A stretch of DNA of 64,000 bases from an uncultured Planctomycetota bacterium (GCA_963845755.1 CAWJTV010000034.1:352001-416000), one strand, 5' to 3'. Counted from the stretch's first letter, positions 11,528 through 24,531 are shown. Made by a program: numbers and translations. The notes: generated by a model not told the origin, from the letters alone.

Positions 11528-13905
11528 CAACGATGAGCCAGACTGGAGCGAGTCGGCGGCCTATCTGGGCGAACGGCTCCGGCGCGTGGCCCTGGGCCTG
11601 ACGGCCGCCCTGATCACGGCGCGCGCCTTTGCGACCAGCGAGCCCGACTTCGAGATCGGGGCCGGAACCGGCCTGTACTGGGTCCTCGCCATGATCCTGG
11701 CCGCGGGACTGGCCGTGTTCGCCGGGCTCCTCGGCGGCCGGTTCCGATTCCGATGGTCGTGGACCGACCTCGCGGTCGTCATGCTGATCGGGCTCGTCGC
11801 CGGCAGTGCGACGCATGCCTTCGACCGGCGTCCCGCCATCAACCTGGCCTGGGAATGGATCGCGATCGGCATCGCCTATCTCGTCTTGCGTCATCTGCCC
11901 CGAACTCGCGGGGAGTCGTCGGCACTGGCTGCGGCGCTGGTCGCGACCGCGGTCGCCGTTTCCGTCTACGGGCTCTATCAAGGCGGCGTCGAGTTGCCGC
12001 AGATCCGGAACGAATATCGACGGAATCCGAGTCACTTCCTGACCCGGCATTCCGAGCTGGGCATCGCACCGGGCACTCGGGAGCAGTACCTCTTTGAGCA
12101 GCGACTGCTCGGCTCGACCGAGGTCACCTCCACATTTGCCCTGACGAACTCGCTGGCCGGCTTCATCGTGGGGCCGCTCGTGATCGCGTTGGCCGTTGGT
12201 CTGTACAACCTGTCGCGCCGCGATGGAGAGACGTCGCGGTGGATCGCGTTGATCGGGGCGGCGCCGCTGATCCTGATCCTGCTGGTCTGCCTGGAACTGA
12301 CCAAGAGCCGCAGTGCCTATCTTGGACTTGTGGTTGGCCTGGGCATCGTCGCGTGGCCGTGGCGGCGGCAGGTCTCGAGGCGTCTTCTCCTGGGGACGGG
12401 CCTGGCCGGCCTCCTGATCGTCGCGAGCCTGGTGGCGGCGGGGTTCGCCACGCGGCAGCTCGATCGCCAGGTGCTGACCCAATCCTCGTTGTCATTCGGC
12501 TACCGGCTGGAATGGTGGCAGGGCACCTGGCGCCGCCCTCACGGGGGGGTCGGGCGACCTCGCGGGTGCCATGAGGTCCTCGATGTTCTGGTCGGGGGTC
12601 GGCCCGGGGAACTTCCGCGCGAGTTATCTACGATACAAGTTGCCGGTGTCGAGCGAGGAGATCCTCGACCCGCACAATCTGTTCCTGGAGGTGTGGGCGA
12701 CCGCCGGGATCTCGGCGCTCCTCGTCCTTCTGGCCGTGCTGGCGCTGGGTCTCTGGAACCTGCTGGGACCACCATCGCGATCTTCGGACGCCTCGGATAC
12801 CGCTCATCCGTCTCGCCCGGGGAGGCGCGCATCGCAGAATCCCGAGGTACCCGACCGAACGGGTTCGCGTTCGGAGGGCGAGGCGCCCGACGCGCCGCCG
12901 TGCCGGCCGGTCTGGCTGATGCCGGCGGCCGGGGCCGGTTGGATCCTGGTGTTCGTGCTCCTGCCCTTGAATCTTTTCATGGTGGGCTCGTTTTCCCGAT
13001 GGGTGATCCTCGGCGGGAGCTGGCTGGCGGCTGTCTTGCTGGGACGTCCGCTCTGGCGGCGTATCCCGATTCCTGCGATCGCACTCGGTGGAGGTTTCGC
13101 CGCGGTCCTGGTCAACCTACTGGCCGCGGGTGGGATCGGCATCCCCACTGTGGCGATGGGGTTCTGGTCCTTGCTGGCACTCGGCCTCAACCTTCGCGAC
13201 GATCGCCCGTGCAGCCGGCTCCACGAGTACCCGAGCCGGGTCCCTCCGTTCGCCCTATCAACCGCCTGGGCGGCCATACTGGGCCTTTTCCTGGGCGCCG
13301 TCGTGCCCTACTGGCGCGCGGAAGCCGCGATCGCGCAGGCTGAGGAGGCCACTCGCCCCGGCCGGGCGCCGGACTTCGAACGGGCCGAGCGAATCTACCT
13401 CGATCGCGCCATCGTGGCGGATCGCTACTATGCCCGCCCCTGGCTGAAGTATGCCGCCCTGCAGTTCGATGCCTGGGCGTTTCGCGGAGCCAAGTTCGAG
13501 GATCAGCGCTGGAAGGAGATACCCGAGCTCCTCCGGGATGCGGTCACCCTGCCCCGCAACCCGAATGCGTGGTCACTCCACGTCCGTCGCGCCGAGGCCA
13601 TCCGGGGATTGTTGCAAACCGTCGGTTCCCAGCTCAAGCCGATCGACCTGGTGACCTTCGGCGCCGAGATCGTCAAGGAGTTCCGGACGGCCAGCCTCCT
13701 CTATCCGTCCAACGCCACGCTCCACGCCCAACTCGCCGAGTCCAGCGCGGAGATCTCGAAGTTCGACGATGCAGTCCAGGAAGCGGAGGAAGCGTTGCGA
13801 CTCGACGCACTGCTGGCCCCGCACCCCGACAAGCGGCTGCCGGCCTCCACGCGTCGGCGCCTGGAGGCTCGGCTACCCGAATGGAAGGGACGCATTCCGG
13901 AATAG
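11421..13905 (+). CDS. O-antigen ligase/Wzy_C-family membrane protein with C-terminal TPR-like helical region (frameshift near 12535)
   Basis: Many TM helices, [22 protein letters not shown] and DPHNLFLEV, followed by a helical repeat tail. Confidence 0.8.
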
Positions 13906-13999
13906 GCGCCCGTTGCACGCCGGCAACGGCAACGTGCCCTCGATCGTCACAGCCCAGCCGCCAGGTCGTCTCGACCTGGGGCGGCCATGACCGATCGCG

Positions 14000-15717
14000 T
14001 TATGAACCGACGACTAATGGATCGTCAACGGAGACCAGCAGGGGGATCGCCGCGCCCCGCCCCGGCCGGAGTCTTCCCGCCAGCGGCTTCTTGATCGCCA
14101 GACCGATCGCGGCGGCGCTCAGGATCAGCGTCGCAACGTTCGGCCAACTCAACCCGCCAAGCCTTTCGAGCGGACGCGAGGCCGGCCCGCCCGGGAAGAT
14201 CGCGCCGTTGCCAACTCGCGAGGCCACACAACAGCATAATTTTGTATCGTTGATGGCATAGGTCGCCCCGTCCGGCCCCATCGCGGTCGGTGTGTAAGCT
14301 TCCCCGGTGGCCGGCGCCAGGAATAACCCCGGGGACAGCGTGTTCGTGACGAACGACCAGCGATACACGTGGCCGTCCTCGCTGTTAATGATGGCGCACT
14401 TGTTGATTTCGTCGATTGCTGCCGAGTTGATGCACCATTCGCGGACGCCGGCCTGGCCCGGGTTCGGGGTCACTCCGACGACCGTGATGACCTCCTTCAT
14501 CACCGAGACGCTCGGGAAGACGAGATCGGGCTGGGTCGCATTCGGGTCCAGGATCGCCACCTTGTTCTGGCCGGTGCCGCCGATGCCCGGGTCCGAGTAG
14601 TCGTTGTACTTGGTCAAGACCAGGTACGAGGACCGGCCCGTGTACGAAGGTACAAGCCCGGAAGGGACGATCGACGCGGAATCGTCCCAGCCGAACGATC
14701 CGGGGATTTTCTGCGTGGAGATCGTCCTGTCGAAGTGGAGGAGCCAGCCGCGCGCGTGGTGGGATGGGAGATTCGCCTCGAGCACCCCGTAGTAGACATC
14801 GCCGTCGGGCCCGACGGTCGGAGTACCCGAGCCATCGTCCGACAACGAGGCGGGCATATTCGCGTTGCGCGGATCCGTGAGCAAGACCGTGTTCAAGGGA
14901 GTGAGCGTCGCGGCGTCGAACAAGGCACAGGTAGCCGTAGGAACCATCGCTCTGGTTGACCCCCACGTAGAGCTGTTTTCCATTGGGCGAGAGCGCCGGG
15001 GCACAGTTATGAACGACCTTCACGATATTGGGATCGCCACAGAGCAGCGAAGCCGCGACGGACGTGCTGGCGCCGGTACTGGAAATCCGGCCCAGGCCGC
15101 CGGGAACGCTGGAACCGAAGTATCCGAAATAGATGTTCCCTTGCGAGTCGGCGGTGAGCGGAGTGGAGATGTAGAGGGAGGCATTGGCCTGGCCAACGCG
15201 AGTCATATTCCCCTGGGCCGAATTAGGCTTGGAGCGGACCAGGATCGTACCCCCTGCCCCGGGGACGGCCACGCCGGTATCGCCGGCCAGCAGGGTGATT
15301 CCCAGCGGCGGGATCCAGTTGGATTCGGGGGGAATCTGGTAATCCGTGTTCATGGTCCAGAGCAGTTGACCCGTCAACCCATTGAAGGCGTTGACGGCGA
15401 AGCCTCCGTTGGCCCCCGTTTTCACCGGCACGATCACTGTGTTCGTGGCCGTGATCACAGGCGACCCATAATGAGTATACAGAGCGCCATTATTGGGATT
15501 GTATTGCGGCATCAGATCGACCGAAGTCGACCACCGGACCGTTTGGGGGACCTGGGAAGGGCTCGTTGCCAGGGAGGAATGCTGGGAGTTGCGGCCGTAA
15601 CTCGTCCAGAATTGCGCCGAAGCCGTGGTGGGTGTGATCGCTCCCATTCCCAGGACCGCGAGCCAACAGAAGAGCGCACCGGCAGGTCCACGGCCCGATC
15701 CGTCGATCGTGCTTCAT
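14000..15717 (-). CDS. Secreted hypothetical protein, probable beta-propeller, with C-terminal hydrophobic+basic tail (frameshifts near 15660 and 14920)
   Basis: Signal-like N-terminus ending TASAQ; repeated blade-like motifs (GSPVI, STPLTAD, GTPTVGPDGDVY, YTPTAMGPDG); tail TLILSAAAIGLAIKK. Confidence 0.65.
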
Positions 15718-15981
15718 TGATGAGACTCCTCGCTGAGTTGCCTACGTCTGCGTAAGGGGAATCCGGGAAACCGGATTGGAATCAACCTTGCATCGCGGGA
15801 ACAGCGATGCTTCCCCGACCTTCGCTTCAAGGTCAGGAGCGGGGCAAATAGATCCGCGATTCTTCTCTTGGGGTCCGGTCATGCATCCCAAACCTAGGAT
15901 ACACGCGCACGTTGGGTTTCTCAATAAACATGATCCAAAGGCATTTGCGACAAAGATCGACCATCCCCGACGTGTTCGCGG

Positions 15982-18009
15982 TCACTCCGAATGCCGCTCC
16001 GGTTGAGGCACCACGATTTCGACCTGATGGGGGATCGGTTCGAGATGGCCGGCATGGTCTTCGGCGGCTGCGGATAGGGAGATCGGGCGATCGGGCAAAC
16101 GATCGACATCGATGGCGACTTCCCAGCGGGAGTAATCGCCGACCATGGCACGCACTGGATATCCGTTCACGCGCACGGCCCGAACCGTGCGATCATCGAC
16201 AGTCACACCGCGGACGCGCACCTTTCCTCCATCGATCCGATCAACCCGGGTGATGACCGTAAAGGGTGGCCGGTCGTCGGTCGGCTCCAGTGGTCCGGGA
16301 AAACTCCGGGGATCCGGCCGATCGCCGGTTTCAGCGAAGTAGATCCAGCCGGTGCGATGGAATTTCATCTCACGGTAGGCGTGTCGCTCGTACCGTGGGC
16401 GCCACAGGCCGAATTCGCAGTTCGTCACCTTGAGGCCATCGACCAGGACATCGGGGGCGTCCAGGGTCAAGGCCCAGTGCGCGTCCCAGACCCGGAACCG
16501 ACGGATCACGTACGGGTGATGCGGACCCGGACCAACTCCACCGACGCCGCCGGTCTCACCGTCGCCGGGTCCGCCGCCGAGATTCAGCCCGTATCCACGC
16601 TGGGTATGCGCCTCGTTGTCCTCGAAGCGGAGGAGCGGGAGCGTGCGGATATCCAACTGCCGTCTCGTACCATCCGGGCTCCGTACGCTCATCGTCGGGT
16701 TGAATCCGGGGACAGCGGGCGCCTCGTATCGGAAGCCATACTGGTCGCATTCGACCGCCACGTTGCGCACGAAGGCGTTCTGGCTATTGGCCCACCAGAA
16801 ACCGGCGCCTTCGTTGCGATCGAACGCGAGGGTCTGCTGTGGCAAAGGAGCACCCCGGCCGGCTCGCACGGCCAGATTTCCGTCCAGGATGTTCTCGACC
16901 TCAGTGCCGTCCTCAAGAAAGAAGCCATGGCCGACACTCCGGTAGCCCACGCAATCCTGGACGACCAGGCCATTCGTCCCATGGATCGTGATCCACCGGT
17001 TGCCGCTATCCCAGATCGAAGCCCCGATCACCGACGCTCCGCGCATCGTGTCGCCTACCCGATGGAAGTGAAGGCTGTATTTGCCGAGCTGGCCCGTCTT
17101 TCCCAGGTGGCGGAATTCCGCGTACGAGATCGACCCCGACGAATGGCGGTGGTACATCGTGTGGCCGCGGGCTACGGAGGGATCGGCCGACTCGACGATG
17201 ACATTCCGGGAGAGTAGCGCAACCTCGCCACCATTTTCACCTCGGACGACGTGAGGGAATTCGAGAGGCCTGTCCAGCGTGAGCCGAGGGCCGTCGATCG
17301 TGCGGATGATCCGTTCCTCCGTCTCCGGCACCGTGGGAGCCTTCTCACCAGCCGCTCCCTTGGGAAGGGGCTGCCGGCTGGTTGCGGTGACGATCACGCG
17401 ATCGCCGGCACGCCAGCCGGGGACCGGCTCGGCGAGCACCAGACCCGTCGCACCCTTTTCGGCCGTCGCGGAGAGCTTGACCCAGGTCCGCGCGAGCCCG
17501 GCACCGTGAAACTCCATGCGGCCTCCGCAACAGACGATTGCCGGGCATTCCTCCGGATCGAGGCCCTCGACCGCCGTCAGCCGGATCAAGGCCGTGCGGC
17601 CGGCCGCGACCGGATGCTCCGCCATCCCAACCTCCAGGGTCGCCCGGGTCGCCGTCGGACCGGGTATCACCACCGCATGCGATTCACAGTCGAATCCCGA
17701 TTCGCCGGGATCGTCGCCGGCCTGGATCTTGATCAGTCCGACATCGAGCCGCGTATCCCGCTCCGGGTCGAATCGCAAGGTGCCCGCGACATGGATCGAC
17801 CGAATGGTCGTGTCGCCGACGATGTCATAGACCACGACGTGCCCGGTCCGGATCTGAACCCGATCCCCCTGCCCCGGAATCCGGCCCTCCTCCCAGCTTG
17901 TGGCGTCCGACCATCGGCCGTTGTGGACCGAGCGGATCAGCGGTGCTCCCATCGCTGAGGACAGACCGAATGTCATCCACAATACCAGAGGAATTGCACT
18001 TGATCTCAT
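15982..18009 (-). CDS. Secreted G8-domain protein with parallel beta-helix region
   Basis: Signal peptide, GRWSDATSW..P..GDRV G8 start, EVALLSRNVI, GKYSLHFH, WITIHGT, GHGFFLEDG.E..N. Confidence 0.8.
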   Translation of the reverse strand: MRSSAIPLVLWMTFGLSSAMGAPLIRSVHNGRWSDATSWEEGRIPGQGDRVQIRTGHVVVYDIVGDTTIRSIHVAGTLRFDPERDTRLDVGLIKIQAGDDPGESGFDCESHAVVIPGPTATRATLEVGMAEHPVAAGRTALIRLTAVEGLDPEECPAIVCCGGRMEFHGAGLARTWVKLSATAEKGATGLVLAEPVPGWRAGDRVIVTATSRQPLPKGAAGEKAPTVPETEERIIRTIDGPRLTLDRPLEFPHVVRGENGGEVALLSRNVIVESADPSVARGHTMYHRHSSGSISYAEFRHLGKTGQLGKYSLHFHRVGDTMRGASVIGASIWDSGNRWITIHGTNGLVVQDCVGYRSVGHGFFLEDGTEVENILDGNLAVRAGRGAPLPQQTLAFDRNEGAGFWWANSQNAFVRNVAVECDQYGFRYEAPAVPGFNPTMSVRSPDGTRRQLDIRTLPLLRFEDNEAHTQRGYGLNLGGGPGDGETGGVGGVGPGPHHPYVIRRFRVWDAHWALTLDAPDVLVDGLKVTNCEFGLWRPRYERHAYREMKFHRTGWIYFAETGDRPDPRSFPGPLEPTDDRPPFTVITRVDRIDGGKVRVRGVTVDDRTVRAVRVNGYPVRAMVGDYSRWEVAIDVDRLPDRPISLSAAAEDHAGHLEPIPHQVEIVVPQPERHSE

Positions 18010-18120
18010 GATATTCGGAAGTTGACCGTATTCGGAAGTAACCAAGGCATTCGCGGCATCAGGGTTTCCGCCACCGAGCTCGGTTTTCGGAATCACCGAG
18101 GTATTAGATCTTAGCGAGTG

Positions 18121-18610
18121 TTATGCCCGGAACTCAACGGGCGTGAACGGCGTCCGCGGCGGCAGGAGCGGCTTCGGCGCGGAGAGCCACAGGAAGTTGC
18201 CGGCGATGCCCCGTTCGACCTCGGGGCGGAAGAAGACGTGATCCGGCCCGAGGACGAACGGCGTGCGGAATGTGACGTTGAATTGAACCTCCACGCCCGT
18301 CACCGGGCGCCGCCGCCGGTGAACGGGTTGGAGATCGGATTGATGGCGTTGATGACCGAGTTGGCCGCGGTGAAGCTCGAAATCGAGCACCATCGTCGTC
18401 AATCTGAGCTGACCGAACCTGCCGTGGGCCACGACGAAATTGTTATCGGACAGCCAGTTCGTGCGCTCGATCATACGGCCGTCCGGAGGGTCCGTCAACG
18501 CGACGGGGAACACGCGATCGAGCTCGATCCTGACATCGTTGATGTTCGCCGTCGTGCCCCCGCCGAGTAGCCCGGTGAACGTGGCGCTGTTGATCGCCGG
18601 AACCGGGCAT
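18121..18610 (-). pseudogene. Internal fragment of a secreted beta-rich (PEP-CTERM-type) protein gene
   Basis: Pieces SATFTGLL..RVFP and PVTGVEVQFNVTF..DHVFF.P.VE..GNFLWLSAPKP..TPF resemble, from recall, a PEP-CTERM protein family. No proper start or sorting tail; internal frameshifts. Confidence 0.45.
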
Positions 18611-18627
18611 CGGCGTGTCCGGCCCGC

Positions 18628-20891
18628 TCAGACGGCCCAGATCACGGAAACCCCATACACGATCTCGAGTGTTCCTGAATCGGTGAGGATGAGGTAGGCG
18701 CCCGGATGACCGTAAGTGCCGGCGTTCCAGAGGGCTTGACCGGTGGAGCTGTAGACGACGAGGTTGCCGTCGCCCTGCATGACCGCAAAAGCGCCCGCGT
18801 GGCCGGAGGTCCCCGAGGCCCAGATGGCCTGGTGGTTGGGCCCGTACTCGACGAGATTGCCGTCCGATTGCATGACGAGCACGTACTGGCCGTTCGGGGA
18901 GTAAATCGCCTGCCCGGCGGTGAGGGTCCGTCCCGGCAGCACGATGCTGCTGACGGACCAGATCGCCGTGCCGTTGATCTGGTAGATCGCGGTATTGCCG
19001 TTGTTCTGAAGCTCGAGGTAGGCGCCGGGATTACCGTAAGTGCCGGCGTCCCAGAGGGCTTGACCGGTGGAGCTGTAGACGACGAGGTTGCCGTCGCCCT
19101 GCATGGCCGCAAAAGCGCCCGCGTGGCCGTAGGTCCCCGCGGCCCAGATAACCTGGCCCCCGGGTCCATAGTCGACGAGGTTGCCGTCCGATTGCATGAC
19201 GAGCACGTACTGGCCGTTCGGGGAGTAAATCGCCTGCCCGGCGGTGAGGGTCCGTCCCGGCAGCGCGATGCTGTTGACGGACCAGATCGCCGTGCCGTTG
19301 CTCTGGTAGATCGCGGCATTGCCGTTGTTCTGAAGCTCGAGGTATGCCGAGATTACCGCTAGTGCCGGAGGCCCAGAGGGCTTGATTAGTGGAGCTGTAC
19401 ACGACGAGGTTGCCGTCGAGCTGCATGACCGCATAAGCGCCCGCGTGGCCGTTGGTCTCCGAGTCCCAGATGACCTGGTGGTTGGGCCCGTACTCGACGA
19501 GGTTGCCGTCCGATTGCATGACGAGCTCGTACTGGCCGTTTGGGGAGTGAATCGCCTGCCCGGCGGTGAGGGTCAGATGCACCAGGCCGCCGATCATTAG
19601 ATTGGCGACCGGGCTGCCAATCCCCGTGACCTGGTCATAGCCGGGGCCGGCGCTAATGCCATTCTGATTGCTGCCGGTCGTGATGTCGTGGAAGTCGGAA
19701 CTGGGGAGACTGTACAGGTAGGGAAGGGTCTGGCTGGATCCGGTCAGAGCCGGCAGCCCCTCCGAAGACCGGATCTGGTCGGTCAGGGCGATCAGTCCCG
19801 CCCACTGGGGAGCCCCGGCGCTGGTACCCCACTGGGTTTCCCAGGGCGAGCTGGTGCCATTGTTATACGAATCGTACACCGAGTAACCGTTGCCCGTGTA
19901 ACCTGCGCCTCGGAGTCCCATTCGGACCCGTATTGTAGGACACGTCGGGGACCGTGCGATGCTGGCTTTTCTCGACGCCCTGCTGATACGCCGGTTGAGA
20001 CTCGATCGTACTTGTACCGCCGCCGCTGGATAGCTGTTGTCCGGACGGGTAGGTCAGGTTCCACGTCGTTTCACTTCCGTATCCGCCGGAGGCATTCAGC
20101 GTCAGAGAAGTGCCGCCAACCCCGACGACATTCGGGGAAGCCGCCGGGTACACCAGCGTTCCGCTATCACCCGATGCGGCCACGAACGTGACGCCGGGCG
20201 TGAGGAAATCCGAGTCGTATTGCGTCTCGCCTGAGAACTCGGAACGACCCCAGCTAATCGACACCACCGAGGCCCCGAACTGGGATGATGCCGCAGTGAC
20301 GACGGCTGTGTAGAGATCGCTGTTCGCACTGGAGTTCGCCTCGACCAACACCATGTTGGCCGCCGGGGCGATCACGTGCGCCCACTCGACGTCGAGTGCC
20401 TCCTCGGCCTCCCACCCCCCCGTCGGATCCGTCGCCGTCGGCGGGGCACCACCCGTTTGACCGACGACCTTGAAGCTGGGCGGATCGGACAGCCCAAAGT
20501 GCACGTCAAACTGATGCAAGTCGCCGGCAATGTCCGGGTCGTTGTAGGCGTCGACGATGGCGATGGTCTCGCCGGTTCCCGTGAGATTCATCTGGCTGAA
20601 CCCGTAAGCAGCCCTGATTTGCGACGGTGTGTAGCCCGTCGGCGAGGTTGTGCCGGCGGGCTGGCTCTCCATCCCTCCGAGTCTGGAGATCGAGAGGAAC
20701 GGCTCGGAGTACCCGGGCGATGGCACTCCTACGTCTGGCAGGGGGGTTGCCGACAGGAGTATCCGCTCGTCCAGCCGCTCGAGCTGGAACCGGCAATGGC
20801 GCGCTCGGCGGCGAGCCCGGAAGTCGGAGGAACGATGGAGACGGAAGGACGGGGTGCGCGGAAACATGGTGCTGCTCCTCAGGTTTGTCAT
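18628..20891 (-). CDS. S53 (sedolisin) peptidase fused to three bulb-type (GNA/B-lectin) domains; frameshifts near 19925 and 19350
   Basis: LERLDERILLS motif; catalytic EEALDVEW, ASGDSG and GTSAGAP; GYDQVTGIGSP; repeated MQxDGNLVxY lectin motifs. Confidence 0.85.
18640..19575 (-). repeat. Three tandem ~324-bp intragenic repeats, one per lectin domain
   Basis: GT(A/G)AATCGCCTGCCCGGCGGTGAGGGTC recurs at 18901, 19225 and 19547 (spacings 324 and 322). Confidence 0.9.
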
Positions 20892-21507
20892 GGGGTCGAG
20901 TCAATTGATGGGCACAAAAAGCGCGTAGAGCGATCGGTCCAGGGAACGACGGTGGCGTCCACGGATGGTGAATCGGACTCTCGTGCGGTTCCCCTAACGG
21001 ACGATGAAAGGGGGTGCACCGAGCAATCGGCCACACGGGCCGGCGACCATCCGGTCTCCAGACCTCCGTGCGAAACGCCCTGGGGGACAGACCCCCGCCG
21101 AGAAAGAACCGCGCCCGCACGGTGCCGCTACCTTGACGAGCGGAAGCGACCGCCATCAGGGACAACGGGAGTCGAAAAAGGATCACCAATCGGACGATCG
21201 CGATCGTCAACGCGGCGATGGCGAACACGTCAGCAGCGACGCTCACAACGAGTCCATTCTCGGGACCGCTTCCTGATCCGGTGTCAACGGCCGCGGGGAC
21301 CGCCACGACCACGACGGCTGGGGGCGCGACCCCGAGCGCCGTCTCGCGGTTGTTGATGCGGCCCGCCGCGAGGGAACGAGTCGGCGCTCTCACACCGCGA
21401 AACTCAATCAGACTCCGACGCCTTGAGACTCCCCGACCCGCTCCGCGAGGCCCTGTCGCGCGAAAGACACCGTAATCCCTCCTGGCGCGGCCCCCTCCAC
21501 CGCGACC

Positions 21508-24500
21508 TCATGGCCCGGCGAAGACGTCGGCGGGCAAGTCGGGCATCCCCAGCTTGGCCTTCCACTCAGTGGCCTTTTCGGGCTTGCCCCATTCCTCGTA
21601 CAGGCGGACCACCCGCTCGGCGGCCTCGCGGAGGCGAAACCAATCCGGCACCCCGATCCGCGCCTCGCGGGCCTTCATTCCCTCGTAGCCCGCAACCACC
21701 GGTGACTCAGCCTCGCCAGACCTCCCTTGCCCCAGGAGCGCCCCGCCCAGCAGGCTCATCGCGTTGTACCGCGACCAGTCGTCAGGGTTCACCTTCTCGA
21801 GGATCGTCACGGCCTCTTGCAAGAGCGGCTCGGCCTCTGACATCCGCGATTGCTCGAGCAGGTTTCGGCCGAGCGCCACGAGGACTCCGGCCAGCGTGGG
21901 ACTGTCAGTCTTGGCGGCCTTTTGGAGACGGGCAAGCGACTCGCGAAGCAGGCTCTCAGCCTCGGCCCATCTGCCGAGCGACTCGTAGGCCGCGGCCAAT
22001 CCTTTGCGATTTTCAAGAGTAAAGGGATGGTCAGGACGCCTCTGGGTCTCGAGTCGATTGAGCGTCTCCTCGTACAGCTTGATCGCTTCGGAGAGCCGTC
22101 CAGCCTCTTGGTAGGCGATGGCTAGGTTGACGAGGCTCATGAAGGTATCGTCGTGGTCGAGACCCAGCTTGGCCTTGTACAGCTCGAGCGTCGATGCGTG
22201 CAGCCCAATCGCGTCGGTCGTCCGGCCAATTCCCTGGTAGATGGCGGCGAGGTTATTGCGGCACATGAGCGTCAGGGGATGGTCGGAGTCGAGCTTGGTC
22301 TTCGCCCGCTCAAGCGCGGTTTCGAACAATCCGAGCACTCGAAGAACTGGCCATCATCCCCATAATCGCTCGCCAGGGCGATCATGCATCTCAGCGTAAG
22401 GGGATGATCGGGGCCGAGCTTGACCGAGTACCCTTTCAGCGCCGCCTGATGCTGCGCGATGGCTTCCGAGAACCGGCCGGCGGCCCGGTAGGCGATGCCG
22501 AGGTTCATGCGGTTCATGATCGTGTCAACGTGGTCGGAGCCCAGCTTGGCTTCTTTCAGCCTGAGAGCCTCCTGTTGCAGCGTGATCGCATCCGACAGCC
22601 GGCCGGCCGCCCGGTAGCTGCTGGCCAGGTTGCCGAGGCTCTTCAACGTCTTTGGGTGGTCGGGACCCAACTTGATCTTGCTGAGCCGGCACACCTCCTC
22701 GAGCAATTCGATCGCTTGGGAGAGTCGGCCGGCACTCAGGTAAGATCCAGCCAGGTCGTTGCGGCTGGCGAGCGTATCGGGGTGGTCGGGGCCCAGCGTG
22801 ATTTGCCGCCGCTGAAGCGTCGCTTCATGCAGCGCGATCGCATCCGACAGCCGACCTTGTTCGTCGTAGGTGTTGGCCAGGCGAGCACAACTGGAAAGCG
22901 TGTCGGGGTGGTCGGGACCCAGTGCGGCCTCGCGCACGTCGCGAGCCCTCGTGAGTCAACTCTCGGCCCGGTCATTCAGACCCAAGCCGAGGTAAGTCCG
23001 GCCCAGGGCGTCCAGCAGCGACCCCTGGGTTGCCTTCGAACCGGCGAACGCCTGGTCGAGCTGGTCGCTGGCCCGGTCCAGCACGTCAACCACCTTGAGC
23101 TCGCGGCCGTCCTGCGAGGGATCCGGGCGTCGGAACGTCTCCACCAGGAACGTGCTCACCGCCTCGGCCTGCTTCCGCGACTCCTCCGACTGCGCCAGAG
23201 CCTCGAGGGTCTCGTCGTGAGACCTCTTAAGCCGATCGTTGGCCTGCGCCTGCACGGCGGCCACGACCCCCAGCCCGATCACTCCGGCCACAAGCGCCAC
23301 CACCGCCGCCGTCGCCGCCGTGCGGTGCCGCCACCCCCATCGCCGTACCCGGATCGAGACGGGCTCGCGCCAGGCCGTCACGGGCTCGTCGGCCAGCCAT
23401 CGCGTCACGTCGTCCGCCAGGCTTCGAGCCGAGAGATAGCGGTCTTCGGCGCGCGACGCCAGCGCCTTCAAGCAGATCGCCTCCAGGGCGCAGGGAGAGT
23501 CGCGGATCCCGGCTGCGCGGCGGTACGATCGCGGCCTCCCGCCCCGCCTCGAGCCGGTCCGGGGCCCGCAAGCCTGAGGTCTCGAAGGCGGATTTCCCTG
23601 TCAGAATCGCGTACAAGATCAGGCCCAGGCTGAAGACATCGCTGGCTGGACCCACCGTTTCTCCCTTGGCCTGTTCCGGGCTCATGTAATGCGGCGTACC
23701 CAGGATTTCCCCGGTGACCGTCACGTCCTCGGACGACGGGCCCGGCGATGGGGCATCCCCTGCGTCGTCGTTCGCCGCCCCGTCGCCGAACCGCTTGGCC
23801 AGGCCCCAGTCCATGACCAACGTCTCACCGTAAGGGCCGAGCATGATGTTCGATGGCTTCAGGTCGCGGTGCACCACCCCCTGATCGTGGGCATAGGCTA
23901 CCGTGTTGCAGGCCGCGATGAACTGCTGGAGCAACCCACGGAAACCCAGGCTCCTTCGGCCGGGGTCGCGGCGGAGCGAATCATCACTGTGGAACGTGTC
24001 GATCGCCCCCTGGAGATTCTGGCCGCGAATGAAGGGCATGGTGTAGAACGGCCCTCCGTCGTCCTGGCCCAGGCCGTAGATCGGCACGATGCCGGGATGC
24101 TGGAGCCGGGCCGTGAGGGCGGCCTCGCGAAGAAACCGGCAGCGCGCCGAGGCGCGTAGCTTGTCGGGCCGGATCCGCTTCAGCGCCACGAGGCGATCCA
24201 GTTCTTCCTGATGGGCTGTGTAGACGACCCCCAGCCCGCCATGGTCGTGATGGCGCCGGGGCCGATAGACGGCCGTGGCTCGCAAGACCTCGGGCACCCG
24301 GTGATCGGGCCCCGCACGCGTGGGATCGCAGTGCCCGGCCATCGAACGCGATTCGAGCTTTTCGGTATCGAGAGCCGAATCCATGGCCTGAAGGGCTTCA
24401 ACCCGGTGCCGGACCTCCCCGACGAGTTCCGGACAACTGGCACAAAGCTCCTCGATGGACAGGGGCATGCCGTGGTCTCGCATGTCTTCCCAGCGATCGA

Positions 24501-24531
24501 CCAGGTCATCGACGCGTGTCTCGGTTTCCAT
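21508..24531 (-). CDS. Ser/Thr protein kinase with TM segment and TPR repeats (frameshifts near 23490, 22950, 22335)
   Basis: GGLGVVY, VALKRI, HRDLKPSN, DWGLAK and GTPHYMSPEQ; TM AAVVALVAGVIGLGVVAAV; repeated LGPDHPDTL TPR units. Confidence 0.9.

Noticed and set aside
18640..19575. Tandem repeats as a CRISPR array or DGR template/variable repeat
   Set aside because: The units are 324-bp in-frame lectin domains with no spacers, cas genes or reverse transcriptase.
20900..21500. Coding gene between the S53-lectin and kinase genes
   Set aside because: Only a short hydrophobic stretch in a frame overlapping the S53 gene; it cannot be assigned.
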